From: Eubacteriales bacterium
Lineage (GTDB): Bacteria; Bacillota; Clostridia; Oscillospirales; CAG-272
Assembly: GCA_045652425.1 (NCBI GenBank)
Contig: JAZRUG010000019.1
Coordinates: 644 to 64,643 of the forward strand
DNA: 64,000 bases
Reading direction: 5' to 3'
The translations under genes were made by a program, and so were the position numbers. Positions 56,327 through 64,000 of the stretch are shown here, in pieces. Numbering within the stretch: the first letter of the stretch is position 1; each line of letters starts with the position of its first letter. Below the pieces are notes generated by a model. That model was not told the DNA's origin and ran no database searches. It saw nothing but the letters and a program-made list of their open reading frames with translations.

Positions 56327-56357
56327 AAAAAAGCAAGTCGAAAGACTTGCTTTTTTC
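56327..56357 (+). terminator. Intrinsic terminator after the tRNA pair
   Basis: AAAAGCAAGTCgaaaGACTTGCTTTTTT. Confidence 0.8.
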
Positions 56358-56527
56358 AATGAAATTCGCCTTACGGCAAGTGAAATAGCTTCGCTGTGAA
56401 ATACGCTGACGCGTATGAAATATTTGCTTCGCAAATGTTAAGAGGCGAATTTTATTTCACATTCGGTGGAACACCGAATATTTCATAATCCATAGGGATT
56501 ATTTCATATTGCGCAGCAATATTTCAT
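56358..56527. repeat. Dyad-symmetric array: 4 x TGAAAT then 4 x ATTTCA, each separated by a different mini-hairpin
   Basis: See findings. The last unit overlaps the serA stop codon. Confidence 0.8.
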
Positions 56528-57438
56528 TAATTCAAAACACACCAACTATTAATAATCCCCACAATCTCATCACCTATTCGACTTTGCGCCTCGGCGGTTT
56601 GTCCACCTATGTGGGCTGTTACAGATACCTTGGGGTGATTGCATAAAGCCATATTAGCCGTAGGCTCTTCCTCGAATACGTCGAGTGCCGCACCCGCTAA
56701 TTTACCCTCATTTAATGCTTTTAACAAAACATCTTCCGATACCAAACCGCCTCTTGCCGTATTGATAAGGAACGCCGTCGGCTTCATCAATGCAAGTTCG
56801 GCTTCGTTAAGTATCGGTTTTTTATCTGCAGGCATAGGAATATGCAACGACACGTAATCGGAAACCTTTAATAATTCCTCTAACGGAAGATAGGTAAATT
56901 TACCTATCTCCTTTTTTTCTCCGCTTTTGCAGGTATAAACTACTTTCATACCTAAAGCATCTGCACGTTTTGCAAGTTCAAGCGCTATTCTGCCCATACC
57001 GACAAGCCCGAGAGTCTTGCCGCCTATCTCGCTTCCCTCGTACTGCTTTTTGTTCCACAAACCTTGACGCATTTCAACGTTTGCTATTCCTATATAACGC
57101 GCGAGTGAAAATATATGACCGAGCGCCAATTCCGCAACCGAAGCCGAACTTGCGCACGGCGTATTGCGAACGGATACGCCCTTGCTCTCGGCATAACCAA
57201 CGTCAATATTGTCAACGCCGACTCCGCCGCGAATTATAAGCTTTAACTTTCCCGAAGCCGCCTCGTCAATATGGTTTGCCCTTATCTTTGTTTTGGAACG
57301 TACAACAACGCAGTCAAATTCTTTTAAAGCAGCCCCCAGCATATCGGATTCATAAAACTGCTCAACTACATCGTGCCCCTCTTCTTTCAGTTTTTTTATA
57401 GAAGAACCGTCCATTCCGTCTGTAATCAATATACGCAT
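56527..57438 (-). CDS. serA: D-3-phosphoglycerate dehydrogenase (short form) / D-2-hydroxyacid dehydrogenase
   Basis: 303 aa. NAD fold GLVGMGRIALELAKRA, catalytic-type R/E/H blocks, adjacent to serC. Confidence 0.8.
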   Translation of the reverse strand: MRILITDGMDGSSIKKLKEEGHDVVEQFYESDMLGAALKEFDCVVVRSKTKIRANHIDEAASGKLKLIIRGGVGVDNIDVGYAESKGVSVRNTPCASSASVAELALGHIFSLARYIGIANVEMRQGLWNKKQYEGSEIGGKTLGLVGMGRIALELAKRADALGMKVVYTCKSGEKKEIGKFTYLPLEELLKVSDYVSLHIPMPADKKPILNEAELALMKPTAFLINTARGGLVSEDVLLKALNEGKLAGAALDVFEEEPTANMALCNHPKVSVTAHIGGQTAEAQSRIGDEIVGIINSWCVLN

Positions 57439-57453
57439 AATATTATATTCCTT

Positions 57454-58536
57454 TTATTTGTGTTCTTCCTCAAATTTTTTCAAGAAATCCACCAAGGCTT
57501 CTACACCCTCTTTGGGCATAGCGTTATAAATAGATGCGCGTAAACCGCCTACGGATTTGTGTCCCTTTAGGTTATCGTATCCTGCCGCCTTTGTCGCCTT
57601 TACGACCTCTGCGTCAAGCTCCTTTGAAGCAGTAACAAAGGGAACGTTCATAAGGCTTCTGAATTTCTTTTCAACAGTACCGCTGAACATATTTGAGCTA
57701 TCCAAGAAGTCATAAAGAACTTTTGCTTTTTCAATATTGCGCTTGTTTATTTCTTCAAGACCGCCGATACTCTTCAGATATTTGAATACCTTTCCGCAGC
57801 AGTATATAGCCCAGCAGTTCGGTGTGTTGTACATAGAACCCGCGTCAGCGTGTGTCTTATACTGCATATATATGGGAAGACTGTCCAAATCATCGCGAAT
57901 CAAGTCCTCGCGAATAATAACAACAACCATTCCCGCAGGACCGACGTTTTTCTGTACACCACCATAAATTACGCCGTAATCGGAAACGTTGCAAGGCTTT
58001 GAAAGGAACATTGATGACTGGTCTGATACCAAAATCTTACCCTTGGTGTTTGGTAATGTCTGCCACGTTGTACCGTGAATAGTTTCGTTTTCGCAAATGT
58101 AAACGTAATCAATATCGTCGGCAATATCCAAATCCGAGCAATCTGGGATATAGGTATAGTTCTTATCTTTTGAAGAAACGGTAACAACTTCTCCGACCTT
58201 TCTTGCCTCGTCAGCCGCTTTTTTCGACCACGCCCCCGTTTCGATATACAAAGCCTTTCCGTTTTTCATAAGATTCAAAGGAATCATAGAGAACTGCAAC
58301 GTTGCGCCCCCCTGAATAAACAGAACCTTGTAGTTATCGGGGATACCCATAAGCTCCCTTAAATCTTGCTCCGCCTCGTCAAAAATCTGCTGAAACTCGG
58401 GGCTTCTGTGGGACATTTCCATAACGCACATACCGCTTCCGCGATAGTTCATCATTTCATCTCTTATTTCTTCAAGTACTGCCTCGGGCATCATAGCCGG
58501 ACCTGCCGAAAAATTAAAAGTACGACCGTAATTCAT
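57454..58536 (-). CDS. serC: Phosphoserine aminotransferase
   Basis: 360 aa. FNFSAGPAMMPEAVLEE N-terminus and the PLP-lysine region YGGVQKNVGPAG. Confidence 0.93.
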   Translation of the reverse strand: MNYGRTFNFSAGPAMMPEAVLEEIRDEMMNYRGSGMCVMEMSHRSPEFQQIFDEAEQDLRELMGIPDNYKVLFIQGGATLQFSMIPLNLMKNGKALYIETGAWSKKAADEARKVGEVVTVSSKDKNYTYIPDCSDLDIADDIDYVYICENETIHGTTWQTLPNTKGKILVSDQSSMFLSKPCNVSDYGVIYGGVQKNVGPAGMVVVIIREDLIRDDLDSLPIYMQYKTHADAGSMYNTPNCWAIYCCGKVFKYLKSIGGLEEINKRNIEKAKVLYDFLDSSNMFSGTVEKKFRSLMNVPFVTASKELDAEVVKATKAAGYDNLKGHKSVGGLRASIYNAMPKEGVEALVDFLKKFEEEHK

Positions 58537-58651
58537 AGTATTTACCTCTCTTTTTTATAAAACGGAACCAAGCCTTTAACTTAGTCCTTTTTTTACTGAC
58601 AAAAACTAATTAAAAACTGCGTATTTTAAAATAAAAAAATAATTATAAGAA

Positions 58652-58968
58652 ACGACCTCATCCGTCGCACCGCATAAAGAACACTAAACAATAAAAATCA
58701 CTTGCGGTACGACACCTTCTCCCACCGGAGAAGGTACAATGTAAAAGCCTAATTCTCAAACTATATTGGTTTTTACAACTACCATTTATTAAGCCTGTAC
58801 AGACAAAGACCTTCTCCGGTGGGTAACGAAGTGGCGGTGAGGCAGTGAATGACAGTCCTGTGGACTGTCAGAGCCGAACCGTGACCGAGTCGCGACGAGA
58901 CAGGTGTCGAGGCAGTGTACAAACTTTACTTATTATATTACCTTGCTGCCGAGACGGATGAGGTCGTC
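58652..58968. mobile_element. MITE-like element M2, copy 2 (317 bp), inverted relative to copy 1
   Basis: ACGACCTCATCCGTC at 58652 and GACGGATGAGGTCGTC at 58953-58968. The reverse complement of 58800-58968 matches 55620-55790 almost base for base. Confidence 0.7.
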
Positions 58969-59095
58969 TACTCTACTTTATTTATTTGACTCGATTCACT
59001 CTGTTGTATTATCAACAAGAATACTCTCCGCTTTGTTACAATATAGCTATTCTATACCCCCTTAACAAAATTGTAAAGAATTTGCTGAAATGCAC

Positions 59096-59124
59096 TTGCC
59101 AAACTTTTAAAAGTTTGGTAGAAT
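59096..59124 (+). promoter_or_regulatory. Promoter of the LysR gene with an embedded 20-bp perfect palindrome
   Basis: TTGCCA (59096-59101), a 17-nt spacer and TAGAAT (59119-59124). CCAAACTTTTAAAAGTTTGG at 59099-59118 fills the spacer. Confidence 0.5.
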
Positions 59125-59155
59125 AAAAAAAGAGTAGATTTAAGAGGTTTTTACT

Positions 59156-60004
59156 ATGGAATTATTACAGCTCCAATATTTTTTTGAAAGCGCGAAAACC
59201 GAAAACTTTGCAAAGACTGCAGAAAAGCACTACGTACCCACGTCATCTGTATCGGGTTCGGTACGCCGACTTGAAAAAGAGCTTGGCTGTCAGCTGTTTG
59301 ACCGTTCGGGCAACAGCCTTTCCCTCAACAAAAACGGAAAAAGACTGTTTTCGGCTTTGCAGGTAGCATTTGAAGAAATAGACAGCGCGGTTAAGGACTT
59401 GACCACTTTAAAAGACGACAGGGAGATAAATATGTTGGTACGCGCTATGCGAGGCAGAATAACCGACTATATTATCGAATACAACCGCTTAAAACCCCAC
59501 GTTGAGTTTCAAATTAACTTTGACAACGCCGAGCAGAATTTTGAAAAGTACGATATAATTATAGACGAGCGTTCTGACCTCTATCCGACGTATGAAAGAA
59601 CCGAGCTATGCAATATGAGAATGAGGCTTGTGGTATCAAATAAAAGCCCCCTTGCCCGAAAGAAATTGACTATGAAGCAACTGTCTAATCAACAGTTTAT
59701 AACCCTCGGCGAACAAAGTAATATGCACAAGATTCTTATAGATGCATGTAAGAAGGCAGGATTTTCCCCTAATATTTCTATTCGCAGTAACGATATGAAA
59801 TACTACGAAAAGCTCGTAGATTCAGGTATTGCCATAGGCGTTGAACGCGACAACGCAAAGAATATGCAGTTACGTAATATAGCATATTTAGACGTATCCG
59901 ACTTTGCCGAGGAATCGGTTGTTTTCGCGTACTACAAGCGCGAAGCTGCTTACGGTAATGTTGAGCAGTTTTTGCAATTTCTAAAAAACAAAGATTTCAG
60001 GTGA
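59156..60004 (+). CDS. LysR family transcriptional regulator
   Basis: 282 aa. N-terminal wHTH (MELLQLQYFFESAKTENFAKTAEKHYVPTSSVSGSVRRLEKELG). Confidence 0.9.
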   Translation: MELLQLQYFFESAKTENFAKTAEKHYVPTSSVSGSVRRLEKELGCQLFDRSGNSLSLNKNGKRLFSALQVAFEEIDSAVKDLTTLKDDREINMLVRAMRGRITDYIIEYNRLKPHVEFQINFDNAEQNFEKYDIIIDERSDLYPTYERTELCNMRMRLVVSNKSPLARKKLTMKQLSNQQFITLGEQSNMHKILIDACKKAGFSPNISIRSNDMKYYEKLVDSGIAIGVERDNAKNMQLRNIAYLDVSDFAEESVVFAYYKREAAYGNVEQFLQFLKNKDFR

Positions 60005-60055
60005 TTTTTTAAAAAAGTTTTTTTAATTAATGGTAACATATTGTGGCAATTGTTA

Positions 60056-60083
60056 TTGACTTTCGGGAAAAAAGTGTTATAAT
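60056..60083 (+). promoter_or_regulatory. Promoter of the SCIFF operon
   Basis: TTGACT (60056-60061), a 16-nt spacer and TGtTATAAT (60075-60083). Confidence 0.55.
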
Positions 60084-60125
60084 ATAAGGTGAATAAAGCG
60101 TATTATCAAACGGAGGTACTGTACA

Positions 60126-60275
60126 ATGAAACACATCGAAACTATCGAAACTCGTAATCTTTGTGAAAGCGCAAAGAACGGCGGTTGCGGCGAATGCCAG
60201 ACTTCTTGCCAGTCTGCTTGCAAGACAAGCTGCGGTATTGCTAACCAGCAGTGCGAAAACAAGGAAAGCAAGTAA
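60126..60275 (+). CDS. scfA: SCIFF (six-cysteines-in-forty-five) ranthipeptide precursor
   Basis: Not in the ORF track (49 aa). SD GGAGG lies 9 nt upstream. Sequence: MKHIETIETRNLCESAKNGGCGECQTSCQSACKTSCGIANQQCENKESK. The GGCGECQTSCQSACKTSC core is the SCIFF family signature. Confidence 0.9.
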   Translation: MKHIETIETRNLCESAKNGGCGECQTSCQSACKTSCGIANQQCENKESK

Positions 60276-60301
60276 TTTAAGTTTTTAAAACTTTCCGATA
60301 G

Positions 60302-60329
60302 AATGCCGCCTTTCTTGGCGGCATTTTTA
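60302..60329 (+). terminator. Hairpin with short U-tract between precursor and maturase (partial terminator or attenuator)
   Basis: AATGCCGCCtttcttGGCGGCATT followed by TTT. Confidence 0.55.
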
Positions 60330-60357
60330 CTGTAGATAATAAGGAGTTTATAAAATA

Positions 60358-61737
60358 ATGATACACCAGTACAAACTCAACGGTTACAATATAGTTCTCG
60401 ATACCTGCTCGGGCGGTATTCACGTTGTTGATGACGTGGCATACGATATTATCGGGCTCTTCGAAAGCGAAAGCAAGGAAGATATAATCGCCAAGATGTC
60501 GAAGATTTACGTTGGTAAAGACGATATAACGGAAAAAGATATTGAAGAATGTTACGAACAGGTAGAACAATTAAAGGAAATGGGTAAGCTTTTTGCCCCC
60601 GATACCTTTGAGAATATGGCGGGTAAACTGAAAGAAAAGACTTCTGGGGTTGTTAAAGCGCTCTGTTTACATATAGCCCACACCTGTAACCTTAATTGCG
60701 AATATTGCTTTGCAAGTCAGGGTAAATATCACGGTGAACGTGCCGTTATGTCTTTTGAAGTGGGTAAACAAGCCCTTGATTTCCTCGTTGCCAATTCGGG
60801 TACACGAAGAAACCTTGAGGTTGACTTTTTCGGCGGCGAGCCGTTGATGAATTTTGAAGTTGTAAAACAGCTTGTAGCTTATGCAAGAAGTATTGAAAAA
60901 CAACATAACAAGAACTTCCGCTTTACTTTGACGACAAACGGACTTCTTATTGACGATGACGTTATCGAGTGGGCAAACCGTGAGTGCAGTAACGTTGTAC
61001 TCAGCCTCGACGGCAGAAAAGAGATACACGACAGATTCCGCGTTGACTATGCGGGTAACGGAAGCTGGGAAAGAATAGTTCCCCTCTTCCAAAAGTTTGT
61101 TAAGGCGCGTGAGGGCAAAAACTACTATATGCGCGGTACCTTTACCCACGCTAACCCCGATTTCCTTGAAGATATTAAACAGATGCTTGACCTTGGTTTT
61201 ACAGAGCTTAGTATGGAGCCAGTTGTATGCGCCCCCGGCGATAAGTCGGAGTTGACACCCGAGGATATGAAGATAGTATCAAAACAGTACGAAGAACTTG
61301 CAAAACTTATGCTCGAAAGAGATAAGGAAGGAAGACCGTTTACGTTCTATCACTATATGATTGACTTGACGGGCGGCCCCTGTATATATAAACGTATTTC
61401 CGGTTGCGGCTCGGGTACGGAATATATGGCTGTTACCCCTTGGGGCGACCTCTATCCTTGCCACCAGTTCGTTGGCGAAGAAAGCTATAAGCTCGGCGAT
61501 ATATGGAACGGCGTTACAAATAAAGAGAAACAAGAGGAATTTGCTTGCTGTAACGTGTATGCAAGAGAAGAATGCCGCGACTGTTGGGCAAAACTCTATT
61601 GCTCGGGCGGGTGCGCCGCAAACGCTTACCATTCCACAGGCTCGGTTAAGGGCGTTTATAAGGCAGGCTGCGAACTGTTTAAGAAGCGTATGGAATGCGC
61701 TATTATGATTGAAATTGCAAGAAAGTTAAATCGGTAG
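60358..61737 (+). CDS. scfB: Radical SAM/SPASM thioether-forming SCIFF maturase
   Basis: 459 aa. CNLNCEYC radical-SAM cluster motif and C-terminal SPASM cysteines (CGSG...C, CRDCWAKLYCSGGC). Immediately downstream of scfA. Confidence 0.9.
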   Translation: MIHQYKLNGYNIVLDTCSGGIHVVDDVAYDIIGLFESESKEDIIAKMSKIYVGKDDITEKDIEECYEQVEQLKEMGKLFAPDTFENMAGKLKEKTSGVVKALCLHIAHTCNLNCEYCFASQGKYHGERAVMSFEVGKQALDFLVANSGTRRNLEVDFFGGEPLMNFEVVKQLVAYARSIEKQHNKNFRFTLTTNGLLIDDDVIEWANRECSNVVLSLDGRKEIHDRFRVDYAGNGSWERIVPLFQKFVKAREGKNYYMRGTFTHANPDFLEDIKQMLDLGFTELSMEPVVCAPGDKSELTPEDMKIVSKQYEELAKLMLERDKEGRPFTFYHYMIDLTGGPCIYKRISGCGSGTEYMAVTPWGDLYPCHQFVGEESYKLGDIWNGVTNKEKQEEFACCNVYAREECRDCWAKLYCSGGCAANAYHSTGSVKGVYKAGCELFKKRMECAIMIEIARKLNR

Positions 61738-61744
61738 TATAGTA

Positions 61745-61925
61745 TTCAGGGCTTTGCCCTGAAACCCACCAAAGAAGCTTTTTGAAAAAAGCTCCTTTGG
61801 AATCCGCAAAAACTTTAACTTCCAATATAAAATTGACCATTGGTCAGAGAGGAGCTTGCTCCTCTCGTATTTTAAAGTTTTTGAGGGTGTGGGAACCTTT
61901 TTTCAAAAAGTTCCCACGTAAAATT
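61745..61925. repeat. Cluster of nested hairpins in the scfB/decarboxylase intergenic gap
   Basis: CAGGGCTTTGCCCTG; CCAAAGAAGCTTTTTGAAAAAAGCTCCTTTGG; CAAAAACTTTAA...TTAAAGTTTTTG; GAGAGGAGCTTGCTCCTCTC; GTGGGAACCTTTTTTCAAAAAGTTCCCAC. Confidence 0.7.
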
Positions 61926-61944
61926 TTTTTAGGGGCAGAAGAAA

Positions 61945-63282
61945 ATGAAAACACCCATCTGTGATTTTGTAAAGCAATATGCAGAGAGCAAAACGGCACG
62001 CATGCATATGCCGGGACACAAGGGAAAGGCTTTTTTAGGCTTTGAAGCTCTTGACATAACCGAAATAAAGGGTGCTGACAGTCTATACGAGGCTGACGGC
62101 ATAATAGCGGAGAGCGAAAGAAACGCCTCTGCCCTTTTTGGCTGCAAAACTTTTTATTCTGCCGAGGGTTCTTCACTTGCCATAAGGGCAATGCTATATT
62201 TATGTGAATTATACGCAAAGTCCAAAAATAAAAAAACGCTTATATACGCGGGAAGAAATGCGCACAAGAGTTTTATAAACACTATTGCCTTACTCGACGT
62301 TGATATAGAATGGTTAGATAACGGAAAAGACAGCTCGTATCTGTCGTTTAATATAGACTGCGAAGCATTGGAATCAAAGATAAAAAATTCAGAGCAAGAA
62401 CCGACAGCAATATATATAACCTCCCCCGATTATTTAGGCAATACGGCGGATATATCTGCAATATCAAAGATATGTAAAAAATACGGCATTCTTCTGTTGG
62501 TTGACAACGCCCACGGAGCATATTTGAAGTTTTTGCCCGATTCCATTCACCCCATAGATTTAGGTGCTGATATGTGTTGCGACTCAGCCCATAAGACGTT
62601 ACCGGTGCTTACGGGTGGCGCATATCTGCATATATCGAACAATGCCCCTGCCCTTTTGGCAGAGAGCGCAAAACAAGCGTTATCCCTCTTTGGCTCAACG
62701 AGTCCGTCATATTTGATATTACAATCGCTCGATAAGGCAAATGAATATATTGCCGAGGATTACAAAACAAGACTTTTACATAATTACGATGCAATAAGAA
62801 ATGTAAAATATACGCTAACCGAGAACGGATATAGCTTGATTGGCGACGAACCTATGAAGATAACTGTTGAAACTAAAAAATACGGCTACACAGGAACAGA
62901 ATTTGCCGATATTTTACGTAAATATAATATTGAGTGTGAATTTGCAGACCACGATTACGTTGTATTTATGTTAAGTGCGGAAACCTCGGAAAGCGAAATT
63001 AACACGTTAGAAAGAGTGTTATTGTCTATAGAAAAGAGAAAAATGATAACAACGTTACCGCCAAAGATGATATTACCGAAGAGGGTTATGTCGGTAAGAG
63101 AAGCGACAATGTCGCCTTATGAAGAGATAGATGCAAAAGACGCCTTCGGCAGAATCCTTGCCTTTTCCGAGGTAGGCTGTCCCCCCGCCGTACCCATAGT
63201 TGTTTCTGGCGAAATAATCGACAAAGACGCAATAAGTTGCTTTGAATATTATGGCATAGAAAGATGCCGCGTGGTGAAGTAA
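61945..63282 (+). CDS. PLP-dependent Orn/Lys/Arg decarboxylase family protein
   Basis: 445 aa. The MHMPGHKG motif near the N-terminus and a DSAHKTLP PLP-lysine motif. Confidence 0.85.
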   Translation: MKTPICDFVKQYAESKTARMHMPGHKGKAFLGFEALDITEIKGADSLYEADGIIAESERNASALFGCKTFYSAEGSSLAIRAMLYLCELYAKSKNKKTLIYAGRNAHKSFINTIALLDVDIEWLDNGKDSSYLSFNIDCEALESKIKNSEQEPTAIYITSPDYLGNTADISAISKICKKYGILLLVDNAHGAYLKFLPDSIHPIDLGADMCCDSAHKTLPVLTGGAYLHISNNAPALLAESAKQALSLFGSTSPSYLILQSLDKANEYIAEDYKTRLLHNYDAIRNVKYTLTENGYSLIGDEPMKITVETKKYGYTGTEFADILRKYNIECEFADHDYVVFMLSAETSESEINTLERVLLSIEKRKMITTLPPKMILPKRVMSVREATMSPYEEIDAKDAFGRILAFSEVGCPPAVPIVVSGEIIDKDAISCFEYYGIERCRVVK

Positions 63283-63389
63283 TACCCCCAAGCTATTGTT
63301 AACAAAAAATTCATAATCTTCCTATTGCAAAATGGCTTGATATGTGGTATAATCACAAAAGTTGAATAAGTGAGAAATCACTTCACCGA

Positions 63390-63480
63390 GGAGAAGTACT
63401 CAAGTTGGTGAAGAGGCGCCCCTGCTAAGGGTGTAGGTCGGGTAACCGGCGCGAGAGTTCAAATCTCTCCTTCTCCGCCA
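63390..63480 (+). tRNA. tRNA-Ser (anticodon GCT)
   Basis: GGAGAAG / CTTCTCC acceptor, anticodon loop CTGCTAA, long variable arm, T arm GAGAG-TTCAAAT-CTCTC. CCA is encoded. Confidence 0.9.
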
Positions 63481-63525
63481 AAATACGACGGTATGGTAAA
63501 ACCATCACCGTCGTATTTTTTTTTC
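63481..63525 (+). terminator. Intrinsic terminator after tRNA-Ser
   Basis: AAATACGACGGT-loop-ACCGTCGTATTT followed by TTTTTT. Confidence 0.75.
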
Positions 63526-63801
63526 GCGGAGAGAGATTTGAACTCGAGCGACGGCTCGCCGGCAAGAGAGGGAGTATTGTTCCGCGCCGCCTGGGGCGGA
63601 TTAAGCGGATCAATACGAGTGGCAGTCGTTCGCTGAACAAGAGCAAATGTTTGCGAATTGTGAAGCGGTAACGACAACAGTGCAAAGGCGATGAAATCGC
63701 CTAGATTAGAAATATCTTAAACATTTCAAAAAAACCTTGATTTAGGTTGTTGCTTTTTGTTATAATAAATTAACCAACTACAGCTGAAAGGAAACACTTA
63801 A

Positions 63802-64000
63802 ATGATGCACTCATTTTTATTGATAGGTCAATCAAACGCAAGCGGTCGCGGAAAGGCGAATAAAGTTGAGCCTATTTCAAATGACAATATATTCGTTTAC
63901 CGTAACGGTCGTTGGCGCAATATGTACGTTCCCGTATGCCCCGATGCCGTAAGTGCCGGCGTATGCCTTATTGAGAGTTTTGCCGACCTCTATCAAAAAG
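63802..64000 (+). CDS. SGNH/sialate O-acetylesterase-like hydrolase (N-terminal part; runs off the right edge)
   Basis: MMHSFLLIGQSNASGRG has the GQSN catalytic-Ser block of the SASA/DUF303 esterase family. No stop in the window. Confidence 0.55.
   Translation, partial: MMHSFLLIGQSNASGRGKANKVEPISNDNIFVYRNGRWRNMYVPVCPDAVSAGVCLIESFADLYQK

Noticed and set aside
63526-63612. A possible second tRNA on the minus strand
   Set aside because: Only a T-arm and acceptor 3'-strand-like segment is present. There is no matching 5' acceptor strand (GGAGAGA), the T stem has 2 mismatches in 5, and there is no anticodon arm. It is treated as a fragment.

Overview
The window looks like a chromosomal segment of a low-GC Gram-positive anaerobe, probably a Clostridia or Ruminococcus-like organism. 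This is inferred from the cohesin/dockerin pair, the SCIFF peptide with its radical-SAM maturase, the IspH-S1 fusion and the AGGAGG-type ribosome-binding sites. Most of the content is housekeeping: thiT behind a TPP riboswitch, tsf, rpsB, two tandem amidohydrolases, feoAB, coaX, ispH-rpsA, plsC, cmk, purD, mntP, pepT, udg, mecA-like, gpsA, pepD, serA/serC, a LysR regulator, a PLP decarboxylase and four tRNAs (Glu-CTC, Arg-TCT, His-GTG, Ser-GCT). Five accessory features stand out. (1) A ~17 kb block of phage late genes at 36.1-53.4 kb covers packaging, head, fibre and lysis, and has no integrase, repressor or replication module. It carries an origin-like iteron/DnaA-box patch, and host repeats have inserted into its intergenic gaps. 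I read it as a prophage relic or a domesticated phage-like particle locus. (2) Two giant secreted paralogs of 1052 and 1194 aa combine a beta-helix-like N-terminal part with a putative Cys/His papain-like C-terminal domain. (3) A two-gene operon pairs a dockerin-bearing SH3-GH73 autolysin with a membrane-anchored cohesin protein. (4) A SCIFF RiPP locus is present whose 49-aa precursor is missing from the ORF track. (5) Nearly every longer intergenic gap holds modular hairpin or MITE-like repeats, roughly 5 kb or about 8% of the window by eye. The modules are: H1 CCTACTTTCTT-loop-AAGAAAGTAGG; H2 GCACAAACC-N11-GGTTCTTTGCC; H3 CGCTTTCTTTCGCAGAAAGCTTGGCAAAGAAC; H4 GGGACGTCGAGGnCGCCGTCCCCTAC; H5 TGTAGGGGAGGGGTCTCCCCTCCCGTTCTCGTCTTGCAA; a 117-bp structured element E; a ~290-bp TIR element M1; and a ~320-bp TIR element M2. 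Two M2 copies in inverted orientation bracket the tRNA-serA-serC segment. No CRISPR array, rRNA, transposase or integrase gene was seen.
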